A program made the translations under genes and the position numbers. 64,000 nucleotides of DNA from Thermodesulfobacteriota bacterium (GTDB lineage Bacteria > Desulfobacterota_D > UBA1144 > Nemesobacterales > UBA2774): the NCBI GenBank assembly GCA_041753155.1, contig JBGSVA010000021.1, positions 1,012 through 65,011 of the forward strand, read 5' to 3'. The notes under the pieces are model-generated. The model was not told the DNA's origin. It did no database searches and worked only from the letters and a program-made list of their open reading frames with translations. Shown piece by piece: positions 42,312-52,631 of the stretch (the first letter of the stretch is position 1; each line of letters starts with the position of its first letter).

Positions 42312-43379
42312 TTAAGCCTTCAGATAGCCGTAATTCTGGAGCACGAGAATAGCGATGCTTACGATTATCAGGTTCGCGACGGCTATCGGAAAGAGCACCT
42401 TCCATCCGAGGTTCATCACCTGGTCGTACCTGAATCTCGGGAGCGTAAACCTCACCCATATGAAGAAGAAGAGGAACGCCAGTACTTTTCCTATGAATAC
42501 GATAGGAGGGAGGAACCAGTATTTGTCTATATCTATCCCGAACCAGCCGCCGAAGGGAAGCGGATACCACCCGCCGAAGAACAGAGCCACCGCGAGGCAC
42601 GAGACGACTATCATGTGCGTATACTCGGCCATGAAGAACATCGCGAACTTCATGCTGCTGTACTCTGTGTGGTAGCCGGCGACGATCTCGGGCTCGGCTT
42701 CAGGCATGTCGAACGGGAGCCGGTTCGTCTCGGCGAACGCCGCGGCGACGAATACAAGGCATCCGAGTATCTGCGGGATTGCGAACCAGCACCTGGACTG
42801 CGCCTCGATAATGTCATCCAGCCTCAATGACCCCGTCCAGGCGATCACGCCTATAATCGACAACCCCATGGCGAGCTCGTAGCTTATCATCTGCGCCGCG
42901 CCCCTGAGTCCGCCGAGGAATGAGTACTTGCTGTTCGACGCCCATCCGCCGAGCACCACTCCGTAGACGCTGAGAGACCCTATAGCGAGCACGTACAGTA
43001 TGCCCACATTGAGGTCGGCTATCTGCAGCTTGACGAATATGGGAGCGCTCAGGAGGCCGAAGAGGGTCGTATCGAATCCCCTGCCTATCGGTATGACGGC
43101 GAGCGCGATAAGCGCCGTGATGAGCGCGAAAGCGGGCGCTGCGATAAAAAAGGGCTTATTGACGTGACTCGGTATCAGGTCTTCCTTGAATATGAACTTG
43201 ACCCCGTCCGCAAGCGGCTGGAGTAACCCGAACGGCCCGACACGGTTGGGTCCGAGCCTGTCCTGGATGAAAGCGCTCACCCTCCGCTCGGCCAGCGTGA
43301 GGTATGCGACGAGCGTGAGCACGACGAAGAACATGAGGGCTATTTTTACGAGTGTGATTCCGAGTTCGACCCAAACCAT
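42312..43379 (-). CDS. nuoH: NADH-quinone oxidoreductase subunit H
   Basis: ERRVSAFIQDRLGPNRVGPFGLLQPLADGVKF is the classic NuoH/ND1 N-terminus. Confidence 0.9.
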   Translation of the reverse strand: MVWVELGITLVKIALMFFVVLTLVAYLTLAERRVSAFIQDRLGPNRVGPFGLLQPLADGVKFIFKEDLIPSHVNKPFFIAAPAFALITALIALAVIPIGRGFDTTLFGLLSAPIFVKLQIADLNVGILYVLAIGSLSVYGVVLGGWASNSKYSFLGGLRGAAQMISYELAMGLSIIGVIAWTGSLRLDDIIEAQSRCWFAIPQILGCLVFVAAAFAETNRLPFDMPEAEPEIVAGYHTEYSSMKFAMFFMAEYTHMIVVSCLAVALFFGGWYPLPFGGWFGIDIDKYWFLPPIVFIGKVLAFLFFFIWVRFTLPRFRYDQVMNLGWKVLFPIAVANLIIVSIAILVLQNYGYLKA

Positions 43380-43396
43380 ATTTATTCTCTGGCGGC

Positions 43397-44998
43397 TTAT
43401 TGCCGGGCTCTATCCGTCCCGAGCATACCGATATTCTCGTAGTTCAATCCGGTGTAGGAAGCGACGCGTCCGGCTATTTCGTGCATTATTTCGGAAGGAG
43501 CGCCGTACTCGAAGCTTTCGGCCTCGATAGCGCCGCCTATGAGCGAGAGTATTTCCCAATCGGGTTTCGCGGTCCCCGGAGGAGGTATCGTTTGTCTCGC
43601 CCTCTGTACCCTTCCCCTGTCGTTGGTGAAAGTGCCCTCCTTCTCGTATGGGCTCGCTCCGGGCAGGATTACATGGGCGAGTCTTACCGTTTCTGTGATC
43701 TTATAGTCCTCCGCAATAAGGAGCGGGAGTCCGGCGAGCGCCTCCTTCAGTCTCGGGCGCTGTTCTGAAGTCGTGAAATTAAAGATGTCTTCACCCGCGG
43801 CGTATAATACCTTCACGTCGCCGCTTAATATTGCCCTTATCAGCTCTTCTATTCTTTCGGGGCCTGACGGGATTCCCAGGTCCTTCACCCCTGCGCTGTT
43901 GGGATAGGGGTCCGAGCTTATGAGACCGAACAGCTTGGGAGCGCCCGGGTCGCCCGTATTCGAGCTAATCCTCCGCGTGTTGAGGACCGCGCCTATTTTC
44001 TTAATCAGATAAAGCTCTTCGTTCGTAAGCTCGGGCGACGCGAGGACCGCAATCGAATCCGGCGACGTCTCCCTCGCCTTCATAAGTCCCGACGATGCGG
44101 TAGCTATAGCGTCCGTCCAATTTGTAATCTCGAATCCTTCTCCTTTTCTGACGATGGGGTCTTTGAGACGGACTCCGCCTTCCTGTATGTCCCTGAAGCC
44201 GTATCTTCCCCTGTCGCAGATCCAGTATTCGTTTACGTCCATGTTCGTCCGCGGCCTTACTCTCGACACCTGCCCCTTCCTTGGATCTACGCCGACCGTG
44301 ATGTTGCATCCGTTGCTGCAGAGCGTGCAGACGCTTTCTGTGAATTTCCAGTACCAGACCCGCTCCTCGTGGAGGTTGTCCTTGTTGAGGAGCGCGCCCA
44401 CTGGACAGAGGTCCGTAACGTTTCCCGAGAGCTCGTTGTCGAGGTTCTTCCCCGGGAATACGACGATCTTCTTTCTGAACCCCCTCCCGTCGAATCCCAG
44501 CTCCCCCGTTTTCGTGACTTCGTCCGTGAACCTCACGCACCTCGAGCACATTATGCAGCGGTTGGGGTCGTAGAGTATCCTGTCGCTGAGGTAGTATTTC
44601 CTTCTGACCTTCTTATGTTCGGGCCCTTCGAACCTGCTCACGCCCGGTCCGTGCTTGACCGTCGTAAGCTGGAGCGGGCATTCTCCGCCCTTATCGCAAA
44701 TGGGACAGTCGAGCGGGTGGTTTATGAGCGTGAATTCTACAGTCGCTTTCCTGGCTTTTATCGCCTTTTCGGTATTGGTTTTGACTATCAGCCCCTCTCT
44801 CACGAACGTATTGCACGCGGGCATTACCTTGGGGACTCCTTCCACCTCCACCAGGCATTGCCTGCATTGGGCTACAATGCTCAGGGCCGGGTGGTAGCAG
44901 AAATGAGGGACGTCTATCCCGACGCGGGAAGCCGCCTGTATAAGATTGAGGCCGTCTTCGACCTCTACCTCGATTCCGTCTATCGTGAGTTTAGGCAT
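43397..44998 (-). CDS. nuoG: NADH-quinone oxidoreductase subunit G (short form)
   Basis: 2Fe-2S and 4Fe-4S Cys clusters (CYHPALSIVAQCRQC, HPLDCPICDKGGEC) and a molybdopterin-like domain. 533 aa. Confidence 0.8.
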   Translation of the reverse strand: MPKLTIDGIEVEVEDGLNLIQAASRVGIDVPHFCYHPALSIVAQCRQCLVEVEGVPKVMPACNTFVREGLIVKTNTEKAIKARKATVEFTLINHPLDCPICDKGGECPLQLTTVKHGPGVSRFEGPEHKKVRRKYYLSDRILYDPNRCIMCSRCVRFTDEVTKTGELGFDGRGFRKKIVVFPGKNLDNELSGNVTDLCPVGALLNKDNLHEERVWYWKFTESVCTLCSNGCNITVGVDPRKGQVSRVRPRTNMDVNEYWICDRGRYGFRDIQEGGVRLKDPIVRKGEGFEITNWTDAIATASSGLMKARETSPDSIAVLASPELTNEELYLIKKIGAVLNTRRISSNTGDPGAPKLFGLISSDPYPNSAGVKDLGIPSGPERIEELIRAILSGDVKVLYAAGEDIFNFTTSEQRPRLKEALAGLPLLIAEDYKITETVRLAHVILPGASPYEKEGTFTNDRGRVQRARQTIPPPGTAKPDWEILSLIGGAIEAESFEYGAPSEIMHEIAGRVASYTGLNYENIGMLGTDRARQ

Positions 44999-45227
44999 AG
45001 GAAATTCGGTTAAGCGAGAGTCGGGAAAATATTATCTGACGGGAGGGGCCTTAGCAAGTTATGCGGGGATTTTAGAAGGATTTCAGCGCGGATGAGACGG
45101 GTTAAGCGGGCTTATCCGGGAGCCCGAGAGCTCCATACGCTGCTGCAAGCCTGTCCCTGATACGGGCGTGTCCATATCTCCGGTATCCCGCCTATAAGGG
45201 TGTGTGTTATACTTCACTGGATAGGCT

Positions 45228-48200
45228 ATGCGTTCGAAAGTCCTTAAACCTATAGTTGTGTTCCTTCTGTTACTCCTCTTATTATCGGTATTAGTCATTC
45301 TTATAATCCAGACCCATTACTTCAGGCAGTTCGTCAAGATCACGACTAACGCCATCGTTAGCACCCTTACGGCGCAGAATTTCACGATCGGGGGCATCGA
45401 AGGCAACTTCCTTAAAGGGATCACTCTCAAAAATGTATCGCTTGACATCGGGGACAAAAAATTTATCGATTGTGACGAGATATTTATCGATTACTCTCTC
45501 CCCGTTATTCTCGACGGCTCGATGCTTTTCAGCAAGGTGATCCCGCTCCATGTAGTCAGAGTGAAGGGAATCCGCATAAATCTGGTCCACTACAGGGACG
45601 ATTCCTGGAATTTTCAGGAGCTCCAGAAATTAATGATCAAAGAAAAAAAGCCCAATCCCGATTGGAATATATTTATACAGAACGGTTCAATCCGGGATGC
45701 AAAGATGACGATCGAGGACGAGGCCAGGGGAGAGAGCTCGGTCTTCGAGTTGTCGAACGCGGATCTATCGCTGAACCTGTTCAAAATAGCCGATAAGGCG
45801 GAGATCGATGTGAAAGACGCTCATCTGACCGTCGCCTACGAGAGCATGGACTTCGAAAAACTGCATTTTGAGAACATTAAAGGGAAAGCAGTTTATTCGA
45901 ATAAAGAGCTCCCGGATAGGTTCGAAGTTATGAACGTCCTGTTTAATTACATGGGGGCGGCGGTGACCGGAAAGGGCGAGATTATCGACATGATGAATCC
46001 CCGGTTCAGCCTGAACGCGCTGATAAGCGGGATAGATATCCCCGATCTCGGCGTCCTCAACGCAGAAGTCGACGCGCGCGGGAATTCCGTCAAATGGAAG
46101 GACTTGCATGCGGCGGGGAATGTGAAGCTTGCGGACTCGTCGTTCATGGATGGCCTTCTCTCAGGCGGGATCGGCTCCGTTCTGGTCGAGAACAAGCATA
46201 TAACCGTTAAAAAAGGCAATCTGGGCGCCGATGTCGGGGACGCGACTTTCGAGGGGGTGATCGACCTCCATGAGATACACGGCAGGGGGAAAAATAACAC
46301 GGCTGATTTTGAGCTAGACCTCCGGTCTCTCAAGGTCCCGCGCATAATCGAGATATTGGAGAAGAGAAACGGGCCGATAGAAGCGGGCGTCAACCGTAGC
46401 ATCGAAGCCGTGATAAATTCGAAATTAAAAATCACCGCCGGATGGAGCAGGTCCCGCGAAATGACGGCGGGTCTCGATATAAAGGAGATGAGCCTCACCG
46501 GGGGAGGCGTGGGAGAAATCAAGCTCAAAGGCCCTCTCGCCATTACGGGCTCGAAGATAGATTACGATCTCGACGCCGGTTTTCTGAAAACGAATTTTGC
46601 GCCAATCTTCAACGATCAGAGGTACGCAAGCGACTTCAACTCGAGCCTCAAGATCAAGGGGTCGATGAGCACGGCCGAGGTTTTTCCGAAGGGTTTCGAT
46701 GTAGCTCTCAGGGGTGAGGCCGCTCCTTCAAAGATGTTCGACACCAGCCTCAAAAGAGGAGTCATAGACGCTACGTATAACGGGGCCTCTGTCGGGATTA
46801 AGTCACTCGTCCTCGAATCCGAGCCTTTCAGCGTGAACGCTTCAGGCGACTTAGGGGGCGGCGGGGAGAACGGCATTAAATATAATGTCGATTTCAAAAA
46901 TCTGAGCTTCGTCACGAAACTCGCGCCCGCTTACCATCTCGGGGGCAGCCTCGGTCTCGACGGTTACATCAAGGGTGATCTTCAAAAACCGAGAATCATA
47001 GTCAACGCCAGGGGCTCGGACATAACGTACGAGGAAAAACGCTTAAGAATGAAGAAGGTTGAGCTGACAGCCGACAGCTATCTGGATATTAACGACCTCA
47101 GGCTCACAGCAGGGGGAGAGGCGAAAGGAATAGATATCCGGGGCAGGGAAATCCAGCTCGTGGAATTCAGGGCCGCAAGCAGGGGGAGCGGGATAGACGG
47201 TACGCTCAATATGCAGGAGACCGTGAAGAGAAAGTATTCACTGGATTTCAAGCTCGGTGAGCTGGGGGGCGGCGGAGCACGCCTTGACCTCGGAAACGTC
47301 CGGATGAATTTTGAAAACGCGGTCTTTAAAAACCGGAGGCCTATCGTAATATCGCTGTCGAAGGATGGAGTGAGGGTGGACTCGTTTAATCTCTATCACA
47401 AGGAGAATTTCGTAGTAGGGGAGCTTACTTTCGGCTTCGACGAGAGCATCGCCGGATCGATAAAGCTCGAGAAGCTGAGCCTCCTCGACGCCTCGGAGCT
47501 CCTGGGCGTCAAATTCCCCGTGAAGGGCGAGATGTCCGGGGAAATAAAATTCGGGTCGTCTCTCAAACATCCCGACCTGAGGGCCGATATAACTGCCAGG
47601 GACCTCGAATATATGGAATTCAAGAGCGACCGGCTCACTCTCTCGGTCCTGTTTTCAGGCGACAAAATGGGGCTGGATCTGAAAATTATCGATAATAATG
47701 AGGAAATCCTCTCAGCGGTCGCCGACGCGACAATCAAGCTCGACCCTGAGAATATGGACAAGAGCATCGGGCAGGCTCAGTACAGGGCGACGATAAAGTC
47801 AAAGGGGGTCGACATCAGCCCGATCAGCGTATTCAACGAAGAGATACAGGAGTTAAACGGCAAGCTCTCGGTAGACCTGGTCGCGGAGGGTACCGGGGAG
47901 GACCCGAACATTTCGGGCAGACTCGAGCTCAGGGATATGACGATGAAGGTGCTGGCGCTCAGAAACAAGATCCATATAGATAACGCTGTCATGGATATGT
48001 CGGGTAAATACGGCACTCTCCGCCAGGTCACAATCGATACCGGCGAGGGGAAGGGGGTATTCGAGGGCAGGGTGGATTTCCGGGACCTTTCGTACACCGG
48101 CAAAGGCACAATGTCCAACATGCTTATGCAAACTTTTCCTGCGGACGTGACCGCCAACCTCGACGGCGATCTGGAGGTCGAGGGGAAATTCCTGAACGCT

Positions 48201-49121
48201 TTCATAAAGGGGAATATTACGGCCAGGAATATTGAAATCATGGTCCCCGAAAAGCCCCTCAAGGAGATCGAGAGCATAAAGTTCATCGACGAGCAGGATT
48301 CGGACAAGGATGAGTTCATTTACACGGGAGCAAAAAAAGAGGATTTTGTCGAGGAGTTCATCGCGCTCGACCTCGATGTGGACATTCCCAGGGATTCGTG
48401 GGTGAAGGGGGGCGGGGCGAACATCGAGGTCGAAGGGAAGCTCGATATTAATAAGAGCTACAAGGAGCCCTACTTCATAACGGGGAATATAGACGTCATC
48501 AGGGGAGATTACCAGTTCATGGGCAGGCTCTTCAAGGTCGAAAACGGCACAGTGAGCTTCAGGGGCAAGAAGATTATAGACCCGTTCCTCGACTTGAGGG
48601 CGACATACGAAGTGTCCAGCGTCGAGGTATACATCAACATCACGGGTACGGCGGAGAAACCCAAGATACAGCTTTCGAGCGACCCTCCGCTCGACGAGAA
48701 CGAAATAGTATCGTACCTCGTATTCGGCACGTCCTCGGATAAGCTCGGTACGGACGAGAGGGTCGAGTTCCAGGAGAAAGCGGGGGAGGTCCTGGGAACG
48801 ATGGCGGTCGGCGAGCTGAGGGAGGCTATCGGCGATGATCTCGCCATAGACGTGATGACGATCAAGGGCGGCCAGACCGGGTTCAGGGACACGCACCTCG
48901 AGATAGGCAAGTATCTGACCGACGACCTCTACGTCGGGTATGAAAGGCTTTCCTATGAAAGATATTTCTACGAGCGGTATTTCTTCAGCCCCGGTCTCCC
49001 TTCGTCCACCGTTACCGCCAACAGGGCGGTAATCGAATACAGGGTATTCGATTTCCTGACGCTCGAGAGCGAGATAGGGGACGAGGCCGGAGCGGACGTC
49101 TTTTTTAATTTCGACTACTGA
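45228..49121 (+). CDS. TamB-like translocation/assembly module protein (AsmA superfamily, DUF490 C-terminus)
   Basis: 1297 aa with an N-terminal transmembrane helix and a repetitive beta-rich body. The C-terminal IGKYLTDDLYVGYE...FNFDY is TamB-like. Confidence 0.65.
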   Translation: MRSKVLKPIVVFLLLLLLLSVLVILIIQTHYFRQFVKITTNAIVSTLTAQNFTIGGIEGNFLKGITLKNVSLDIGDKKFIDCDEIFIDYSLPVILDGSMLFSKVIPLHVVRVKGIRINLVHYRDDSWNFQELQKLMIKEKKPNPDWNIFIQNGSIRDAKMTIEDEARGESSVFELSNADLSLNLFKIADKAEIDVKDAHLTVAYESMDFEKLHFENIKGKAVYSNKELPDRFEVMNVLFNYMGAAVTGKGEIIDMMNPRFSLNALISGIDIPDLGVLNAEVDARGNSVKWKDLHAAGNVKLADSSFMDGLLSGGIGSVLVENKHITVKKGNLGADVGDATFEGVIDLHEIHGRGKNNTADFELDLRSLKVPRIIEILEKRNGPIEAGVNRSIEAVINSKLKITAGWSRSREMTAGLDIKEMSLTGGGVGEIKLKGPLAITGSKIDYDLDAGFLKTNFAPIFNDQRYASDFNSSLKIKGSMSTAEVFPKGFDVALRGEAAPSKMFDTSLKRGVIDATYNGASVGIKSLVLESEPFSVNASGDLGGGGENGIKYNVDFKNLSFVTKLAPAYHLGGSLGLDGYIKGDLQKPRIIVNARGSDITYEEKRLRMKKVELTADSYLDINDLRLTAGGEAKGIDIRGREIQLVEFRAASRGSGIDGTLNMQETVKRKYSLDFKLGELGGGGARLDLGNVRMNFENAVFKNRRPIVISLSKDGVRVDSFNLYHKENFVVGELTFGFDESIAGSIKLEKLSLLDASELLGVKFPVKGEMSGEIKFGSSLKHPDLRADITARDLEYMEFKSDRLTLSVLFSGDKMGLDLKIIDNNEEILSAVADATIKLDPENMDKSIGQAQYRATIKSKGVDISPISVFNEEIQELNGKLSVDLVAEGTGEDPNISGRLELRDMTMKVLALRNKIHIDNAVMDMSGKYGTLRQVTIDTGEGKGVFEGRVDFRDLSYTGKGTMSNMLMQTFPADVTANLDGDLEVEGKFLNAFIKGNITARNIEIMVPEKPLKEIESIKFIDEQDSDKDEFIYTGAKKEDFVEEFIALDLDVDIPRDSWVKGGGANIEVEGKLDINKSYKEPYFITGNIDVIRGDYQFMGRLFKVENGTVSFRGKKIIDPFLDLRATYEVSSVEVYINITGTAEKPKIQLSSDPPLDENEIVSYLVFGTSSDKLGTDERVEFQEKAGEVLGTMAVGELREAIGDDLAIDVMTIKGGQTGFRDTHLEIGKYLTDDLYVGYERLSYERYFYERYFFSPGLPSSTVTANRAVIEYRVFDFLTLESEIGDEAGADVFFNFDY

Positions 49122-49178
49122 TCGTTATCCATCCGGCTTTTTCCGGATTCAAACCGCGACACGGATCAACGACACTTG

Positions 49179-50366
49179 TCAGTAACTATTGATGAATTTC
49201 CTTATCCCTCTCACTGCCTGCATGATCCTTTTTTCGTTCTCCACGAGCGCGAGTCTCAGGTGTCCTTCCCCGTAGTTTCCAAATCCTATTCCGGGAGAGA
49301 CGGCTACCTTCGCCTTTTCTATAAGCAGTTTCGAGAATTCGAGAGACCCCATGCTCTTGAACGCCTCCGGCATCTCGGCCCATACGAACATAGTCCCCTT
49401 GGGTTTCGGTATATCCCACCCCGACTTCGACAAACCCTCCACGAGCTTGTCCCTTCTCGATTTATATAATTTCCTCACGTCCTCGACGCAGTCCTGAGGA
49501 CCGTTTAGCGCCGCGATCGCGGCTACCTGAATGGGAGTGAATATGCCGTAATCCATATAGCTCTTGATACGCTTCAGCGCCGACACTATCTTCGGGTTCC
49601 CTACCATGAATCCCACCCTCCATCCGGGCATATTGTAGCTCTTCGAGAGTGAGTAGAACTCGACGCCTATCTCCTTGGCGCCGGGGACCTGCAGGAAGCT
49701 CGGGGCCTTGTACCCGTCGAAACAGAGCTCTGCGTACGCGAAGTCGTGGACGACTATCAGCCCGGCCTCTTTCGCGATCTCATAGATGTCCTTGAAGAAC
49801 CCGAGATCGACCACGGTCGCCGTGGGGTTGTTGGGGAACGAGATCATGAGCACCTTCGGCTTGGGCCAGGTCTCTTTGACCGCTTTCTCGATCCCCTCCA
49901 GTATGTTCGAGTCTCTCGTGAACGGGACGCTGTGCACGTCCCCTCTCGAAATAATGACGGAATAGATGTGTATCGGGTATGCGGGGTTAGGAACAATAAC
50001 CGTATCACCCGGTGACAGAATGGAAAGCATAAGGTGGCATATCCCTTCCTTCGATCCAATGGTGGTAACGACTTCCGTATCGGGGTCGAGATCGACGTCG
50101 TAATTCTTTTTATACCAGCCGGCGACCGCTCTGCGGAGCTTCGGTATGCCCGCCGACGCGGAATACCTGTGGGCTCTCGGGTCCTTCGAAGCCTCTATTA
50201 ATTTCTTTACTATGTGGTCGGGCGTCGCCTGGTCCGGGTTCCCCATACCGAGGTCGATTATGTCGTCCCCCCTGGCCCTGGCTTTCGATTTTAGCTCGTT
50301 TACGATACTGAATACGTACGGCGGAAGCCGCCTGATTAATGAGAATTCTTCGGGTATATGCATCAT
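49179..50366 (-). CDS. class I aminotransferase (alanine/aspartate aminotransferase-like)
   Basis: PLP fold type I with IDLGMGNPD near the N-terminus, and [14 protein letters not shown] carrying the Lys that binds PLP. Confidence 0.8.
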   Translation of the reverse strand: MMHIPEEFSLIRRLPPYVFSIVNELKSKARARGDDIIDLGMGNPDQATPDHIVKKLIEASKDPRAHRYSASAGIPKLRRAVAGWYKKNYDVDLDPDTEVVTTIGSKEGICHLMLSILSPGDTVIVPNPAYPIHIYSVIISRGDVHSVPFTRDSNILEGIEKAVKETWPKPKVLMISFPNNPTATVVDLGFFKDIYEIAKEAGLIVVHDFAYAELCFDGYKAPSFLQVPGAKEIGVEFYSLSKSYNMPGWRVGFMVGNPKIVSALKRIKSYMDYGIFTPIQVAAIAALNGPQDCVEDVRKLYKSRRDKLVEGLSKSGWDIPKPKGTMFVWAEMPEAFKSMGSLEFSKLLIEKAKVAVSPGIGFGNYGEGHLRLALVENEKRIMQAVRGIRKFINSY

Positions 50367-50459
50367 CTAAGGTCCTTTTTCATTTTCAGTTATTTTATTC
50401 GAATCCTTGACAATCTCAAGAAAATTAAGCGAAAATAGTAAAAACAGAGATTATGGGTC

Positions 50460-50858
50460 ATGAATAAAAATATAAGCTTATTGTCAATCTTGCTGCTGGT
50501 AGTATTCGCCGTGCCTTTGGTTTACTCAGAGGAAGTTCGCCAGTACGGAAACGCTTCATGGTATTCGAGCTCCCTCCACGGCAGAAAGACTGCAAGCGGC
50601 GAGTGTTACGACAAGAACGAGCTTACGGGCGCCCATAGGGAGCTCCCGTTCGGGACAATAGTAAAGGTTAAGAACTTATATAATGGTAAAGAGGTAATAG
50701 TGAGGGTGAATGACAGAGGTCCGTTTATTAAGAGTCGTATAATCGACCTCTCCAGGGCGGCGGCTATTACGCTTGGGATTCTGAACCTGGGCACTGCGAG
50801 AGTCAGCGTCGAAGTGATCTCGCTGCCCGTAATCGCTGATCCGGGCTCCGCATCATAG
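50460..50858 (+). CDS. RlpA-like double-psi beta-barrel (DPBB) lytic transglycosylase-like protein
   Basis: ASWYSSSLHGRKTASGE...VRVNDRGPF is an RlpA DPBB domain with a signal peptide. Confidence 0.8.
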   Translation: MNKNISLLSILLLVVFAVPLVYSEEVRQYGNASWYSSSLHGRKTASGECYDKNELTGAHRELPFGTIVKVKNLYNGKEVIVRVNDRGPFIKSRIIDLSRAAAITLGILNLGTARVSVEVISLPVIADPGSAS

Positions 50859-50905
50859 GCGGGGTTCCTGCTCAAGCCCGTCCTCTGTCATCTCTTTTCG
50901 AGAGC

Positions 50906-51580
50906 ATGAATAATAGATTCCTTCTATTATTGTTGATTCTCCCGGTCGTTTTTTCATGCGCAAAAAAAAGTGTCGAGTCTACCCGTCCACCCGGGGAAGA
51001 GGCCCCTCCGGGAGGTTATATCGAGGAGGGCTCCATACAGGTCGGCATCGCCTCATGGTACGGGATCGAAGAGCATAACAATCACGCCGCCAGCGGCGAG
51101 CGCTTCAGCAAGCACGCATATACCGCGGCCCATAAGAGCCTTCCCTTGGGCACGGTCGTCAGGGTCACGAATATGGAGAACGGAAGGGACGTGATCGTAG
51201 AGATAAACGACAGGGGCCCCTTCGTGAAGGGCCGTATAATCGATCTTTCATATGCTCCGGCCAAGTCGATAGGCATGATCCAGCAGGGCACCGTAGAGGT
51301 CAAGGTCGAGGTCATATCGACCCCTTCCACGAGAGGGGGCAGCTATTTTCAACCCCTCTATACAGTACAGGTTGCCTCGTTCTCGGAGAAGGGGAAAGCG
51401 CTGTCCCTTAAACGCGCGCTCGACGGCGAGTACGACGACGTCAGGGTTGAGTCGATAGAGTTGAGCGGGGATAATTACTGGAGGGTAAGGGTCGGGCGGT
51501 ACGAGGACAAGCAGGACGCCGATCAAACCGCTTCGAAGCTCCGAACGGACGGGCATTACGGAAGAGTCATCATGGAATAA
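50906..51580 (+). CDS. rlpA: RlpA-like lipoprotein with C-terminal SPOR domain
   Basis: Lipobox VFSC. DPBB domain IASWYGIEEH...EINDRGPF plus a C-terminal SPOR-like YTVQVASFSEKGKALSLKRAL...WRVRVGRYEDKQDADQ. Confidence 0.8.
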   Translation: MNNRFLLLLLILPVVFSCAKKSVESTRPPGEEAPPGGYIEEGSIQVGIASWYGIEEHNNHAASGERFSKHAYTAAHKSLPLGTVVRVTNMENGRDVIVEINDRGPFVKGRIIDLSYAPAKSIGMIQQGTVEVKVEVISTPSTRGGSYFQPLYTVQVASFSEKGKALSLKRALDGEYDDVRVESIELSGDNYWRVRVGRYEDKQDADQTASKLRTDGHYGRVIME

Positions 51581-51696
51581 TTCCGTACCTCTTACTTTTA
51601 TTCCTTTCGGGGCTCGGATGATGACCAGATCACCATACGTTGTGGTGTATCATATTGAGCGCTCTGTAGATATCTGGTATTGAGAGACCTGCGTAT

Positions 51697-52566
51697 ATGA
51701 ACGGATTCGTAAAATCACACGGGCTCGGGAACGACTATTTTGTCCTGGACGGCTCCCGCATCTCTTTCGGGCTTACGCCCGCGGCCATAAGGCTCCTCTG
51801 CGACCGGAACTACGGTATCGGCTCAGACGGTATTCTGCTCCTCGTCCCCTCGGCCAGGGCTGACTTCGGCTTGAGGATTCTCAACCCCGACGGCAGCGAG
51901 GCTGAAAAGAGCGGGAACGGTCTCAGGATATTCGCCAAGTACCTTTACGAGCACGGCCACACCGATAAGAAGGAATTCAAAATCGATACCCTCGGCGGCG
52001 TAGTCACGGCCGAGCTCGATGTAAGAGAGGGAAGGGTTCCGTTCGTTACAGTGGAGATGGGGACCGCGACATTCGACAGCAGCCTGATACCTGTAAAGGG
52101 TGACGAGAGGGAGGTAGTGAACGAAGAGATGAGGATAGAAGGCGAGGTGCTCAGGTTCACGGCCGTATCGGTCGGGAACCCTCACTGCGTCGTGTTTACG
52201 GAGAACCTCGACGAGGGGTACACAAAGCTCCTCGGGCCCTTGATAGAGACCGCGGAACTCTTCCCCAACCGCACGAACGTCCAGTTCGCAAGGGTCGACT
52301 CGAGAGACAGGGTCGAGATAATGATATGGGAGCGGGGGGCAGGCTACACGCTCGCTTCGGGGAGCAGCTCGTGCGCCGTCGCGGCGGCGTGCGTAAAGAA
52401 CGGGTTTACGGACAGAGCAGTGACCGTATCCATGCCGGGCGGCGAGCTCGACATCGAAATAAGGGAGGACTGGTCTATAAAAATGAGGGGAGCGGTGGAA
52501 GAGGTCGCCTACGGCACGCTGAGCGAAGATTTGATTGAGAGGATAAAATCCCTCGGTGCGGAATGA
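51697..52566 (+). CDS. dapF: diaminopimelate epimerase
   Basis: FVKSHGLGNDYFVLD and GNPHCV active-site Cys motifs. Confidence 0.9.
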   Translation: MNGFVKSHGLGNDYFVLDGSRISFGLTPAAIRLLCDRNYGIGSDGILLLVPSARADFGLRILNPDGSEAEKSGNGLRIFAKYLYEHGHTDKKEFKIDTLGGVVTAELDVREGRVPFVTVEMGTATFDSSLIPVKGDEREVVNEEMRIEGEVLRFTAVSVGNPHCVVFTENLDEGYTKLLGPLIETAELFPNRTNVQFARVDSRDRVEIMIWERGAGYTLASGSSSCAVAAACVKNGFTDRAVTVSMPGGELDIEIREDWSIKMRGAVEEVAYGTLSEDLIERIKSLGAE

Positions 52567-52631
52567 TAGAGCTCCGTTATAATGATATTCCGCGCGTCTG
52601 AATAATTGATTCCGGTACATTCGACCTTACT

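Noticed and set aside
49122-49178. ATCCGG-CTTTTT-CCGGAT hairpin between tamB and the aminotransferase as a bidirectional terminator
   Set aside because: The stem is only 6 bp and no U-tract lies on either side. Mentioned but not called as a feature.
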